A stretch of 64,000 nt of DNA, taken from the IMG/VR virus record IMGVR_UViG_3300020204_000005. One strand, given 5' to 3'. The DNA comes from a virus. Below, piece after piece: positions 10,222-18,347 of the stretch. Each line of letters opens with the position of its first letter. Position 1 is the first letter of the stretch. The notes under the pieces are model-generated. The model was not told the DNA's origin, did no database searches, and saw only the letters and a program-made list of their open reading frames with translations. The translations under genes and the position numbers were made by a program.

Positions 10222-11301
10222 ATGAAAATAGTTACAATATCAACTTTTTGGAATTGTGAAAAATATGTGAAAGAGTGCATACAATCATTAAAAAACCAAT
10301 ATTATACCAATTTTGTCTCATATTTTATTGATGATATGTCAACCGACAATTCTTATGAAGTAGCAAAAAACGCTATCGGGGATGACAAACGATTTATCTT
10401 AATCAAAAATGAAAATAAAAAATACAAGACAAAAAATTTTATAGATGTTATTAAGGATAACCCCAAAATAAATTGGAACGATGTTATAATTGAGATTGAT
10501 GGGGATGATAGGTTATCTGATAATTATGTTTTAGGGTTAATTAATAAGGTATTTTCAAATAATGATATTTGGATTTGTGGTACAAGATGGTCCGATAATA
10601 AAGGTAGACTTGGTAATTACGGTAAACCTAATCCAGAAAAAGCAAGAAAAACTTCTTGGAATTTTTCACATATGAGGTCATATAGAGCATTTTTATTTAG
10701 GTCAATAAATGATAAACATTTAAAATTTGATGGTGAATATTTTAAAGCCGCTTGTGATTTAGGGATAGGTATACCTATGTTAGAGATGTCAGGGGAAGAA
10801 CATTTCCACTACATTAATGAACCATTATACATATATAATTGGCATGACAAACAATCATATAGTGATAATAATTCCTTTGGTGATAAAACCCTACAAGGAC
10901 GTACCGCAAAATATATTTATTCATTACCTTCTTATGAAAAATTAAAAATAATTAATGAAATTCCAGTACCTAAAGAGCGGGTTGAGACTAAAACTAATAA
11001 ACAAATACTTGATGAAATTTTTGATGAGAATAATCATAAAAAATTAACACCAACCATTGAAAAAACAATACCGATTAATTATGATAAAATTAATGTTGTG
11101 AATAATAAAGGAATCTTCAACCCAAAAGATTCTATTAAACAACAAATAATTCCAAAACCAAAAGAACAACCAATAATATTAAAAGAAGATACAATCGCAA
11201 AGTTAAAAAGGGAAATGTTTAAAACTAAACCAAAAAGAAAAGGTAACAGTCCTAATATATTTGGTAATAGTCAAAGAAGAAAGGGTGGTTTTAGTATTTG
11301 A
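10222..11301 (+). CDS. GT2 glycosyltransferase with a basic C-terminal extension
   Basis: FIDDMSTDNS, IEIDGDD, AACDLG motifs. Confidence 0.85.
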   Translation: MKIVTISTFWNCEKYVKECIQSLKNQYYTNFVSYFIDDMSTDNSYEVAKNAIGDDKRFILIKNENKKYKTKNFIDVIKDNPKINWNDVIIEIDGDDRLSDNYVLGLINKVFSNNDIWICGTRWSDNKGRLGNYGKPNPEKARKTSWNFSHMRSYRAFLFRSINDKHLKFDGEYFKAACDLGIGIPMLEMSGEEHFHYINEPLYIYNWHDKQSYSDNNSFGDKTLQGRTAKYIYSLPSYEKLKIINEIPVPKERVETKTNKQILDEIFDENNHKKLTPTIEKTIPINYDKINVVNNKGIFNPKDSIKQQIIPKPKEQPIILKEDTIAKLKREMFKTKPKRKGNSPNIFGNSQRRKGGFSI

Positions 11302-11338
11302 CCTATAATATTTTTTATCTTATTATTATTAAAAAAAT

Positions 11339-11518
11339 ATGTACGTTATAATCAAACATGTTAAAATGGGTGACGATAAAAAAAGGATACCCGTTATATT
11401 ATTAAATACAGATACTGAAATTTGGGAATTCGATTCTATAGAAGAAGCGACAAAAATGAAAGATATTTTTGAAACTAATTCTGATTCAGGTCATAAGTAC
11501 GAGGTCAAAAAAATTTAA
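11339..11518 (+). CDS. Small hypothetical protein, 59 aa (not in ORF track)
   Basis: Manual translation MYVIIKHVKMGDDKKRIPVILLNTDTEIWEFDSIEEATKMKDIFETNSDSGHKYEVKKI; A-rich leader. Confidence 0.65.
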   Translation: MYVIIKHVKMGDDKKRIPVILLNTDTEIWEFDSIEEATKMKDIFETNSDSGHKYEVKKI

Positions 11519-11524
11519 TTAAAT

Positions 11525-11598
11525 GGTCCTGTAGCATAATTGAATAATGCAACTCACTTCTAATGAGTAGACTCCAGGTTTGAATCCTGGCAGGACTA
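11525..11598 (+). tRNA. tRNA-Arg(UCU)
   Basis: Acceptor GGTCCTG/CAGGACT; anticodon arm ACTCA-ctTCTaa-TGAGT; T arm CCAGG-tttgaat-CCTGG. Confidence 0.85.
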
Positions 11599-11610
11599 CA
11601 ACTTTAAAAT

Positions 11611-11712
11611 ATGGAAGATATACACCAACAAATTCACGAAGATTTCATTAATTCAGAAGAATACGAATCTTATCTGAAAGAAATGTCTATTTGGGAAGAA
11701 AAATATTCCTGA
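11611..11712 (+). CDS. Small acidic ORF, 33 aa
   Basis: MEDIHQQIHEDFINSEEYESYLKEMSIWEEKYS. Confidence 0.45.
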   Translation: MEDIHQQIHEDFINSEEYESYLKEMSIWEEKYS

Positions 11713-11752
11713 ACAATACCACGCAATTAAAAAATTATTGTATCTTTGTGAT

Positions 11753-12358
11753 ATGAAAACTTACTCATTCTTAAAAGACGTTGTATATGTGGCATTGGTA
11801 ATGATTGTTATTGGTGGCCTTTATGAATACTTAGAAAAACATAATTGGGATTATTCATCCATAATCACGGGTGACTTGCTTAAACAAAGACCTATTGAGA
11901 CTACAAGTATGAATACCTATGATGATTTGGGTAACATTGTTTATATAAAAGGTTTAGGTAATTTTAGTCACTCTGATTTGTTAAGAGCTGAAAGTGTAAT
12001 CGAAGGATATTACAACACGCACTGTACTATCGAGAGTCCTGTTATGTTAGACGACAAATATTACAGTTCAAACGTGATTAAAGGCCACGAAGCTCTTGAC
12101 CATTTAAGAGTTTCAGGTAAAAAAGTTATTTATGTGACTAATGATGAAATGATGTCGACTGAAACCGATAAAAGTATAAAAGGATGTGCAAGAATTAATG
12201 GTAACACTATAATTGTTAGAACTAAAACATTAAAAAGAACTTTAGTTCACGAATACGCACATACTTTAGGTTTGGACCACTGTGATAATAATGGTTGTGC
12301 GTTAGCGAAGGGCCATGGAGAAGAACTTTGTTTTGAGTGTAAAAGTAAAATTAAATAA
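11753..12358 (+). CDS. Membrane-anchored archaemetzincin-like (M54) zinc metalloprotease
   Basis: HEYAHTLGLDHC..C...C..C; N-terminal TM; promoter TATCTTTG at 11741-11748. Confidence 0.8.
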   Translation: MKTYSFLKDVVYVALVMIVIGGLYEYLEKHNWDYSSIITGDLLKQRPIETTSMNTYDDLGNIVYIKGLGNFSHSDLLRAESVIEGYYNTHCTIESPVMLDDKYYSSNVIKGHEALDHLRVSGKKVIYVTNDEMMSTETDKSIKGCARINGNTIIVRTKTLKRTLVHEYAHTLGLDHCDNNGCALAKGHGEELCFECKSKIK

Positions 12359-12366
12359 TAAAAGTT

Positions 12367-12774
12367 ATGACTCAGGTGGGATTTTTTATTGTGGGAAAAC
12401 CTGTAGATGGTGAAATGGAAGATACTATCTTCAGTGAAATGAGAGATATTCTAACAAGTGAAGACTTTAACAAGATTGCATTTTGTGAAAATGAAGAAAG
12501 TCATGACATTTTGTATACTTTTTTAAATGAAATCAAAAATAAAAAATTGTTTATTCTGTTTGAAAAATATGAAGTGTTAGTTCATTTTTCGGATATTACA
12601 CAAAGTGTGCTGAGACAAATTAATATGAACAAGACTTTGACCGAAGGGGAATTTAAACCTTTGTTTGATGAATTTGTAAGTGAAAACTTAACTATTGATT
12701 TTATTCTTGACAAAATTAATGAAACTGGTATTGAATCTTTAACTAAAATTGATTATAAAGTGTTAAAATCATAA
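12367..12774 (+). CDS. Hypothetical protein
   Basis: ORF track, co-oriented operon. Confidence 0.7.
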   Translation: MTQVGFFIVGKPVDGEMEDTIFSEMRDILTSEDFNKIAFCENEESHDILYTFLNEIKNKKLFILFEKYEVLVHFSDITQSVLRQINMNKTLTEGEFKPLFDEFVSENLTIDFILDKINETGIESLTKIDYKVLKS

Positions 12775-12785
12775 AATATAAAAAA

Positions 12786-13124
12786 ATGAAAGACTACAAT
12801 AAATTTATGAATGAACTTAATGTATATAAAGGTTATTCAGTTACAAGAATTAAATTTGCAATCTTTATACATAAGTTTTTTAGAACATTCACCACTAAAG
12901 GATTTGAATTCATTGCTACTTTAACTTTAATGTTGGTTTTAGTTAGACTGATTATGGGTGAGTTAACTATTGGATATATAATGTCAACCGCAGTTGTACA
13001 TTTTTTATATTGGATTTTGGTTTATCCGATACTATCGAAAGTTTTTGAAAATGATTTATACAAATTATTCTCACTTCGTATTAGAATTCTTGAGGATATC
13101 TTGGAAACAAAAAAGAGGACCTAA
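12786..13124 (+). CDS. Hypothetical membrane protein (2 TM)
   Basis: Two hydrophobic stretches. Confidence 0.7.
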   Translation: MKDYNKFMNELNVYKGYSVTRIKFAIFIHKFFRTFTTKGFEFIATLTLMLVLVRLIMGELTIGYIMSTAVVHFLYWILVYPILSKVFENDLYKLFSLRIRILEDILETKKRT

Positions 13125-13136
13125 ATCCTCTTTTTT
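13109..13136. terminator. Bidirectional intrinsic terminator
   Basis: AAAAAAGAGGA-cctaaa-TCCTCTTTTTT between convergent genes. Confidence 0.7.
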
Positions 13137-13156
13137 AATATTAATAGTTTTTATAA

Positions 13157-13840
13157 TTATCTACTACTTTTTTTACCTGCGTTCCAGTTGGCTACAACAA
13201 ATATAATTGAGAATATTGAAATCATAAAAGTGAGAACCGATAAAGGACCTCCATAGTTACCAACGGCACCGTCAATTAAAAAGTGCATTCTAGTTAAAAA
13301 TTCACTACTTGCCCAACCAGTATTATACCCCATTGCCCCAAAACCAATAATACTAGCCGCAACACCTGAAGGAATTCCGATAAGACCCATAAATCTGGCT
13401 AACCATCTTTTACCTGTATCAGCCCAAAAACCTTCAGCCATTTCACCACTTGGTTCTTGGTTAGCCATTTGACCTAATTTTTCAGCCTCTCTGTCGGAGA
13501 TTTCTTCTGTACCTAACTCGATAGTTGACGCAATTTTACCAAAATTAGAAACACCTGCTTTATCTTTTAAAATGTCTAAACCTTCTTGAGCTTCTTCATC
13601 ATCAAACTCATCTCTAAGTTTTGAAGTTACTCTTGCCGCGATACTTTTAGCTTTATCAATTGCGGACATGATTTTTTCTTTGAAACCAAACATTTCATTT
13701 AATTCTGATTCATTTAATCTACTATATTGTCTTCTTGAAGACCTATTACCATATCTCATTTGTTCTCTTTGATTTTCAGAAATAACTCGTTTAACAATTC
13801 TCATTAAATCTGATTCTGTTAATCTTATAACTTTTTTCAT
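13157..13840 (-). CDS. RLTESDL-leader family protein with two C-terminal TM helices
   Basis: MKKVIRLTESDLMRIVKRVISE; ATATTTAT on the minus strand at 13873-13880. Confidence 0.75.
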   Translation of the reverse strand: MKKVIRLTESDLMRIVKRVISENQREQMRYGNRSSRRQYSRLNESELNEMFGFKEKIMSAIDKAKSIAARVTSKLRDEFDDEEAQEGLDILKDKAGVSNFGKIASTIELGTEEISDREAEKLGQMANQEPSGEMAEGFWADTGKRWLARFMGLIGIPSGVAASIIGFGAMGYNTGWASSEFLTRMHFLIDGAVGNYGGPLSVLTFMISIFSIIFVVANWNAGKKSSR

Positions 13841-13881
13841 TACGTTTTTGATTTTTCTTTTTTTATTTTATTATAAATATT

Positions 13882-14244
13882 TTAAATTTCGTAAAATATT
13901 TTATATTTACCCGATTTAGTCATTTTTTTGGTTATTTTACCTGTATAGTCAGTATCAGATGCTTTATCCATAATTCGTTGCCTAATCACATCCCAATTGT
14001 TATAGTCAACAAATTCTTCAGGATTTTCTTCCATCTCATCTTCTATTTTTAATATATTATCGATAAAATATTCTCGTGGTGGAGTGTCTTTACCTGTGGT
14101 AATTTTTTTAATACCCCTACCAGCATCTCTAAGTTTGTCACCTAACCATCCTTCCTCTACTTCAGGTTCGGATTGAGATTCATTAACAAGTTTACGGATT
14201 AACTCCGTTAACTCACTTTCAGTAAGTCTTACTTTCTTTTTCAT
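13882..14244 (-). CDS. RLTESDL-leader family protein
   Basis: MKKKVRLTESELTELIRKLVNE (start moved to 14244); motif at 14251-14258. Confidence 0.75.
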   Translation of the reverse strand: MKKKVRLTESELTELIRKLVNESQSEPEVEEGWLGDKLRDAGRGIKKITTGKDTPPREYFIDNILKIEDEMEENPEEFVDYNNWDVIRQRIMDKASDTDYTGKITKKMTKSGKYKIFYEI

Positions 14245-14370
14245 ATATGTATAAATATTCAAAAATTACATAATGGGTATTGTAATAATAAAATATTTTT
14301 CATTGTTAATGTTGTGGGAATGGAAAAAAAGTTGTATCTTTGTCAAACAAACAATTTAAAACTATACACC

Positions 14371-14817
14371 ATGACATCTACAATCATCAACGTAACAACA
14401 GGAACAATGGCAGGAGACGTATTCTACGGAAACTTCAATACCGTTGTAAAAGGTAAAAAAATTTCTGTAATGGTTTCTAACCATTTGAAGGATTCCAATA
14501 AAGAATATGAGTTCCGTATTGCTGGTAAATGTAGAGCTGGTTTTATTAATATCCATGACACTAAAGGAACTGCGGAAGGTGTTATCCGTGGATACAAAAA
14601 AAACACATTAGTTAACATCCAAGTGAAAAACGAATACGGGAATTGGGTGAACGTTTACACTCTCAAAGGTGGTAAATGGAACTCAATCGACAAAGGGTTT
14701 TTGGATGTGTTGACTGTTGGAACTATGAGAGAATCTTTCCCTGACATGTGTGACATGGAACTTTGGGGTAGAATGGGAGCAAAAACTTGGGCGGACAAGG
14801 CGTTTGCACAAAATTAA
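14371..14817 (+). CDS. Hypothetical early protein
   Basis: Start moved to 14371, behind TATCTTTG at 14335-14342. Confidence 0.7.
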   Translation: MTSTIINVTTGTMAGDVFYGNFNTVVKGKKISVMVSNHLKDSNKEYEFRIAGKCRAGFINIHDTKGTAEGVIRGYKKNTLVNIQVKNEYGNWVNVYTLKGGKWNSIDKGFLDVLTVGTMRESFPDMCDMELWGRMGAKTWADKAFAQN

Positions 14818-14822
14818 AAATA

Positions 14823-14957
14823 TAGGTTGATTGGGGAAGGGTGATGCTAATGACACGAGAGTGTATATCGGTCAGTATCATCGGAGTTGGAAGATATACA
14901 CCAAAGTAATGCCAATCGTAAAATCAGATGTCCACTCAACCATCTTCTGATTTCCTA
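14823..14957 (+). ncRNA. Candidate structured (possibly pseudoknotted) RNA upstream of the tRNA cluster
   Basis: Pairings GTGTATATC/GATATACAC, GATTGG/CCAATC, AAATCAGA/TCTGATTT, GGTTGA/TCAACC; no ORF. Confidence 0.45.
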
Positions 14958-14961
14958 ACTT

Positions 14962-15041
14962 GGGAGTGTTGAGCAACGGTTGCTTAGCTGACTGTAAATC
15001 AGTGGTCTACGACATTGGGGGTTCGAATCCCGCCCCGAGTA
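14962..15041 (+). pseudogene. Chimeric pseudo-tRNA-Tyr(GUA)
   Basis: Anticodon arm GCTGA-ctGTAaa-TCAGT and long variable arm are intact, but 5' GGGAGTG cannot pair with 3' CCCGAGT. Confidence 0.7.
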
Positions 15042-15081
15042 CTATCAATCGTAAATCCAAGTAACCCCTTGGTAGATGTAT

Positions 15082-15154
15082 TGGTACGTAGCTCAATGGT
15101 GAGAGCACGACGCTTATATCGTCACGGTTATGGGTTCGAATCCCATCGTACCAA
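15082..15154 (+). tRNA. tRNA-Ile(UAU)
   Basis: Acceptor TGGTACG/CGTACCA; anticodon loop ctTATat; T arm ATGGG-ttcgaat-CCCAT. Confidence 0.85.
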
Positions 15155-15162
15155 CAATATTT

Positions 15163-15245
15163 GCCCGAGTGGAGGAATTGGTAGTCTCACTTGTCTTAGG
15201 AACAAGTGCTCTCAGAGCGTGTGGGTTAGAATCCCACCTTGGGTA
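15163..15245 (+). tRNA. tRNA-Leu(UAG)
   Basis: Acceptor GCCCGAG/CTTGGGT; CTTGT-ctTAGga-ACAAG; long variable arm; atypical T loop TTAGAAT. Confidence 0.8.
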
Positions 15246-15249
15246 CAAT

Positions 15250-15343
15250 AAACACATAAACTTTGGTTCCCATACAGCGGTGAGGTGGGCTAAGTTATAT
15301 ACAATTTCTCGGAGCTGGAAGTAGAAAGCCAAAGAGTGTGTTT
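15250..15343 (+). ncRNA. Candidate ~95-nt rod-shaped RNA between tRNAs
   Basis: Ends pair AAACACA/TGTGTTT and CTTTGG/CCAAAG; internal CAGC/GCTG. Confidence 0.35.
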
Positions 15344-15353
15344 AAAATAATAT

Positions 15354-15428
15354 GGTGTCGGTAGCTCAGTAGGTAGAGCAGAGGTTTGAAACACCTTGTG
15401 CCGAGCGGTTCGATTCCCTCCCACACCA
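15354..15428 (+). tRNA. tRNA-Phe(GAA), possibly degenerate
   Basis: GAGGT-ttGAAac-ACCTT; C.C mismatch in the acceptor stem and an extra base in the T stem. Confidence 0.65.
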
Positions 15429-15434
15429 CAAAAC

Positions 15435-15510
15435 GCCTTCGTAACTCAATAGGTAGAGTACTTGATTTGTAATCAAGATGTTGCAGGTTCGATTCCTGTC
15501 AGTGGCTCCA
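15435..15510 (+). tRNA. tRNA-Thr(UGU) with encoded CCA and mismatched acceptor stem
   Basis: CTTGA-ttTGTaa-TCAAG; GCAGG-ttcgatt-CCTGT; acceptor GCCTTCG/CAGTGGC has T.T and C.A mismatches. Confidence 0.7.
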
Positions 15511-15530
15511 ACAAACCAATATGTTTGATT

Positions 15531-15557
15531 CCCCATCTTTATAGGTGGGGTTTTTTA
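15531..15557 (+). terminator. Intrinsic terminator closing the tRNA cluster
   Basis: CCCCATC-tttata-GGTGGGG-TTTTTT. Confidence 0.75.
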
Positions 15558-15592
15558 TTTGAATAAATTTTATTATATTTGTATTTGAAATT

Positions 15593-15901
15593 ATGAAATC
15601 AATAAATCAAATATTCAGAGGTAACGAACATCTAATGGATTTGGGTCCTGTTGAAGAGTTAATTGAATACGCTCAAGAGCTTGAGGATAAAGTTGTTGAA
15701 AATACTCAGGTAATTGACCAAACTGTAATATTAAAACAGTTAATTTCCGAAATTAAACAGAGTTGTTCATCTATGATGGAAGAAGATGAAAAACATAAAA
15801 GATGGCCGAATGATTTCGAAGAAATGGATTTTAAAGATGCAATTAAAAATTTAAAAAATTATATTACCAAATATTGTTTTGATAATAAAATTAGACTATA
15901 A
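15593..15901 (+). CDS. Hypothetical protein
   Basis: ORF track; TATATTTG at 15574-15581. Confidence 0.7.
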   Translation: MKSINQIFRGNEHLMDLGPVEELIEYAQELEDKVVENTQVIDQTVILKQLISEIKQSCSSMMEEDEKHKRWPNDFEEMDFKDAIKNLKNYITKYCFDNKIRL

Positions 15902-15908
15902 TCAGAAT

Positions 15909-16322
15909 ATGAAAAAGAAAAGAATATACTTGGATGACGTAAGAACACCCGTAGACAAAGAAAATTGGGTTGTTGTCCGCTCATATGATGAGTTTGTTCA
16001 GAAAATAAATTCAATCGGATTAGAAAACATTGAACTAATTTCCTTGGACCATGATTTAGGGGACAGTGCTATGAATGAATGGTTGTACGGAGTAACTAAA
16101 AATTACACAATTAATTATGACAACATTACTGAAAAGACAGGGATGGATTGTACTAAATGGTTGGTTAATCAATGGATGGACGGTAAACCATTAGTTGATG
16201 TTGTTGTTCATTCGGCAAATGCTATCGGTAGTGCGAATATGATGGGTTATATAAATAACTACCGTCATCTTAATCGTTTACCACAAAATTGTGTTAGAGT
16301 GCAAATTGAGCACACGGTTTAA
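15909..16322 (+). CDS. Cyclic-phosphate processing receiver-like (cREC) domain protein
   Basis: RIYLDDVRTP, ISLDHDLG, TGMDCTKWL, VVVHSANAIG. Confidence 0.8.
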   Translation: MKKKRIYLDDVRTPVDKENWVVVRSYDEFVQKINSIGLENIELISLDHDLGDSAMNEWLYGVTKNYTINYDNITEKTGMDCTKWLVNQWMDGKPLVDVVVHSANAIGSANMMGYINNYRHLNRLPQNCVRVQIEHTV

Positions 16323-16344
16323 AAAAAAATTGTATATTTGTGGT

Positions 16345-16839
16345 ATGAATATTTTCTTTTTGGATTTTGATGTTAAAAAGTGTGCGGAGTATCATTGTGA
16401 CAAACATGTTGTCAAGATGATATTGGAAACCGCACAACTTTTATGTTCGGCTCATCATGTTACAGGTGGGACTGCACCATATAAGTTATCACATAAAAAC
16501 CACCCATGCTCAATATGGGTGAGGTCGTCATTATCCAACTACCTTTATTTATGTGAATTAGGTTTGGCTTTAGGTGAAGAATATACATACCGTTATGGTA
16601 AAAAACATAAATCAATTGAGGTGATTGAATGGTGTTTACAGAACAGACCGAATATTCACGATATTGATTTTACATCCCCACCATTAGCAATGGGTGATGA
16701 ATTTAAACTTGGTAATGACGTTATTGGGTCATACCGAAATTATTACAAAGGTGCCAAGTCAGAAATTGTTTCTTGGAAAAATAGAGAGGTCCCTGATTGG
16801 TTTTTACAAAAAAAAGAGTTAGATTTGCGATATGATTAA
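16345..16839 (+). CDS. Pyrimidine-dimer DNA glycosylase/endonuclease V-like protein
   Basis: MNIFFLD...CDKHVVKMILETAQLL, HKNHPCSIW, YRNYY; start 16345 behind TATATTTG at 16333-16340. Confidence 0.8.
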   Translation: MNIFFLDFDVKKCAEYHCDKHVVKMILETAQLLCSAHHVTGGTAPYKLSHKNHPCSIWVRSSLSNYLYLCELGLALGEEYTYRYGKKHKSIEVIEWCLQNRPNIHDIDFTSPPLAMGDEFKLGNDVIGSYRNYYKGAKSEIVSWKNREVPDWFLQKKELDLRYD

Positions 16840-17506
16840 AATACCTTCAAATAATAAAGGACGTTTTCCTGACGTGTGGATTTTTTCGGACCCACACTAC
16901 AACCACAAAAATATTTGTCGTGGTGTAACTAATTGGAGGACTCAAAATGGGGGAATTCCTATTGAACAAACAAGAGATTTTCTTGATTTGGATAAAATGA
17001 ACGCAACTATCGTTAATAACATTAACGAGGTTGTAATGCAAGATGATATATTGATTTGTCTTGGTGATTGGTCTTTTGGTGGATTTGAATCTATTAAAGA
17101 ATTTTGGGACCGAATTGTTTGTAAAAACATTCACCTTGTTCTTGGTAACCATGACCATCACATTGAAAAAAACCGTGAAGGAATTCAAGGACTGTTCAAA
17201 TCAGTAGAACATTATAATACTCTTGTGGTTGGGGGGTATACTTTCCGTTTAATGCACTACCCAATCAGTTCTTGGGATGGTCTTAACAAAGGAATAATGC
17301 ACCTACACGGTCACTGTCACCTACCTACAAATAAAAGATTTGGGGTTGGTCAACGTATGGACGTGGGAATGGATGGTCACCCTGATTTCCGACCATATCA
17401 CGTAATTCGTGAGTGTGTTCCACTTCTAAAAAGTAGACCTGTTAAATCAGAAATACGAGAAGACCACCATGTGGATGAGATTGTAAATATAGATGCAGGT
17501 CAATGA
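16832..17506 (+). CDS. Calcineurin-like metallophosphoesterase
   Basis: FSDPHYNH, LGD, LGNHD, MHYP, HLHGHCH. Confidence 0.9.
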   Translation: MIKIPSNNKGRFPDVWIFSDPHYNHKNICRGVTNWRTQNGGIPIEQTRDFLDLDKMNATIVNNINEVVMQDDILICLGDWSFGGFESIKEFWDRIVCKNIHLVLGNHDHHIEKNREGIQGLFKSVEHYNTLVVGGYTFRLMHYPISSWDGLNKGIMHLHGHCHLPTNKRFGVGQRMDVGMDGHPDFRPYHVIRECVPLLKSRPVKSEIREDHHVDEIVNIDAGQ

Positions 17507-17706
17507 AAAAGAAGTTTAAGACTATAACAATTAATATTGAGTTGTCTAGCACTGATAATTTAGAAGAAATAACTTCTAAAATGATACAAAATTTATCAGA
17601 TTGTGCGGTGAAAACTGTAAAATCAGAAAAAAAATGGTTTAGTAAAAAAGAACCAATAAAAATTAATTCAATCAGTGTTAGACAGTTCCCTTTAAATATT
17701 AATTAG
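17503..17706 (+). CDS. Small hypothetical protein
   Basis: ORF track; start overlaps the upstream stop (ATGA). Confidence 0.6.
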   Translation: MKKKFKTITINIELSSTDNLEEITSKMIQNLSDCAVKTVKSEKKWFSKKEPIKINSISVRQFPLNIN

Positions 17707-18298
17707 TTTTTGGTGGTAAAGGAGGGTCAAGTAAAAATTTCTCATTTAACCAATTCCTAAGTTCATTCTCAACAAAGTAATCAGGAACTACCTCATCATC
17801 AGGTGTTTGACTTGCAATTTCTGATATGTATTTAGCAAATTTAACTTTGTATTTTTCATTCATTAGAGTCATTAATCCATCAGAAATAAAAAATATTTTA
17901 GATAGAGGGTCCTCAACACCAAGTTCTCCTTCAACAACATCGAAAGATTTCATTATTGCTTTACCCCACCAAGTCTTGTAGGTTTCGGTATCCTCTAATG
18001 CAGGTCTAATTATTTTGTTAATTGCTCTTGTTATAGAAGCCGCGGCTCCTACAAGTAACAATTGTGGAATGAACCAAGGTAATAATCTTAAAGTTGCTTT
18101 ATAACCACCTTCACCTAGATGAGTGAAAATTCGTTTTCTTGTTGCCGAATCAACAATAGCTTTTAATTGACCAAAAGTTATTCTACCTTGAGCTTTACAA
18201 AATTTTTCAGAATCACATATGTTCTTAATTGCTTCACCTGAAGGATTTATATCCTCAAACAAAGTAATAAATTGAGATTCTGTAATTAAAACTTTCAT
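17699..18298 (-). CDS. Leader-family late protein (MKVLITESQF)
   Basis: Leader variant; ATATTTAT on the minus strand at 18303-18310. Confidence 0.7.
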   Translation of the reverse strand: MKVLITESQFITLFEDINPSGEAIKNICDSEKFCKAQGRITFGQLKAIVDSATRKRIFTHLGEGGYKATLRLLPWFIPQLLLVGAAASITRAINKIIRPALEDTETYKTWWGKAIMKSFDVVEGELGVEDPLSKIFFISDGLMTLMNEKYKVKFAKYISEIASQTPDDEVVPDYFVENELRNWLNEKFLLDPPLPPKTN

Positions 18299-18347
18299 GA
18301 CAATAAATATTTGTCAAAATCATTTTAATTTAGTACTTTTGTACTGT

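Noticed and set aside
11612-14904. 17-nt identity TGGAAGATATACACCAA at 11612 and 14888, suggesting antisense regulation of the small ORF by the candidate ncRNA
   Set aside because: A single 17-mer match in 64 kb of AT-rich DNA is plausible by chance, and the complementary strand is already locked in a 9-bp stem.
15015-15332. ORF-track ORFs of 65-78 aa overlapping the tRNA cluster
   Set aside because: They are translations of tRNA genes, with no start context.
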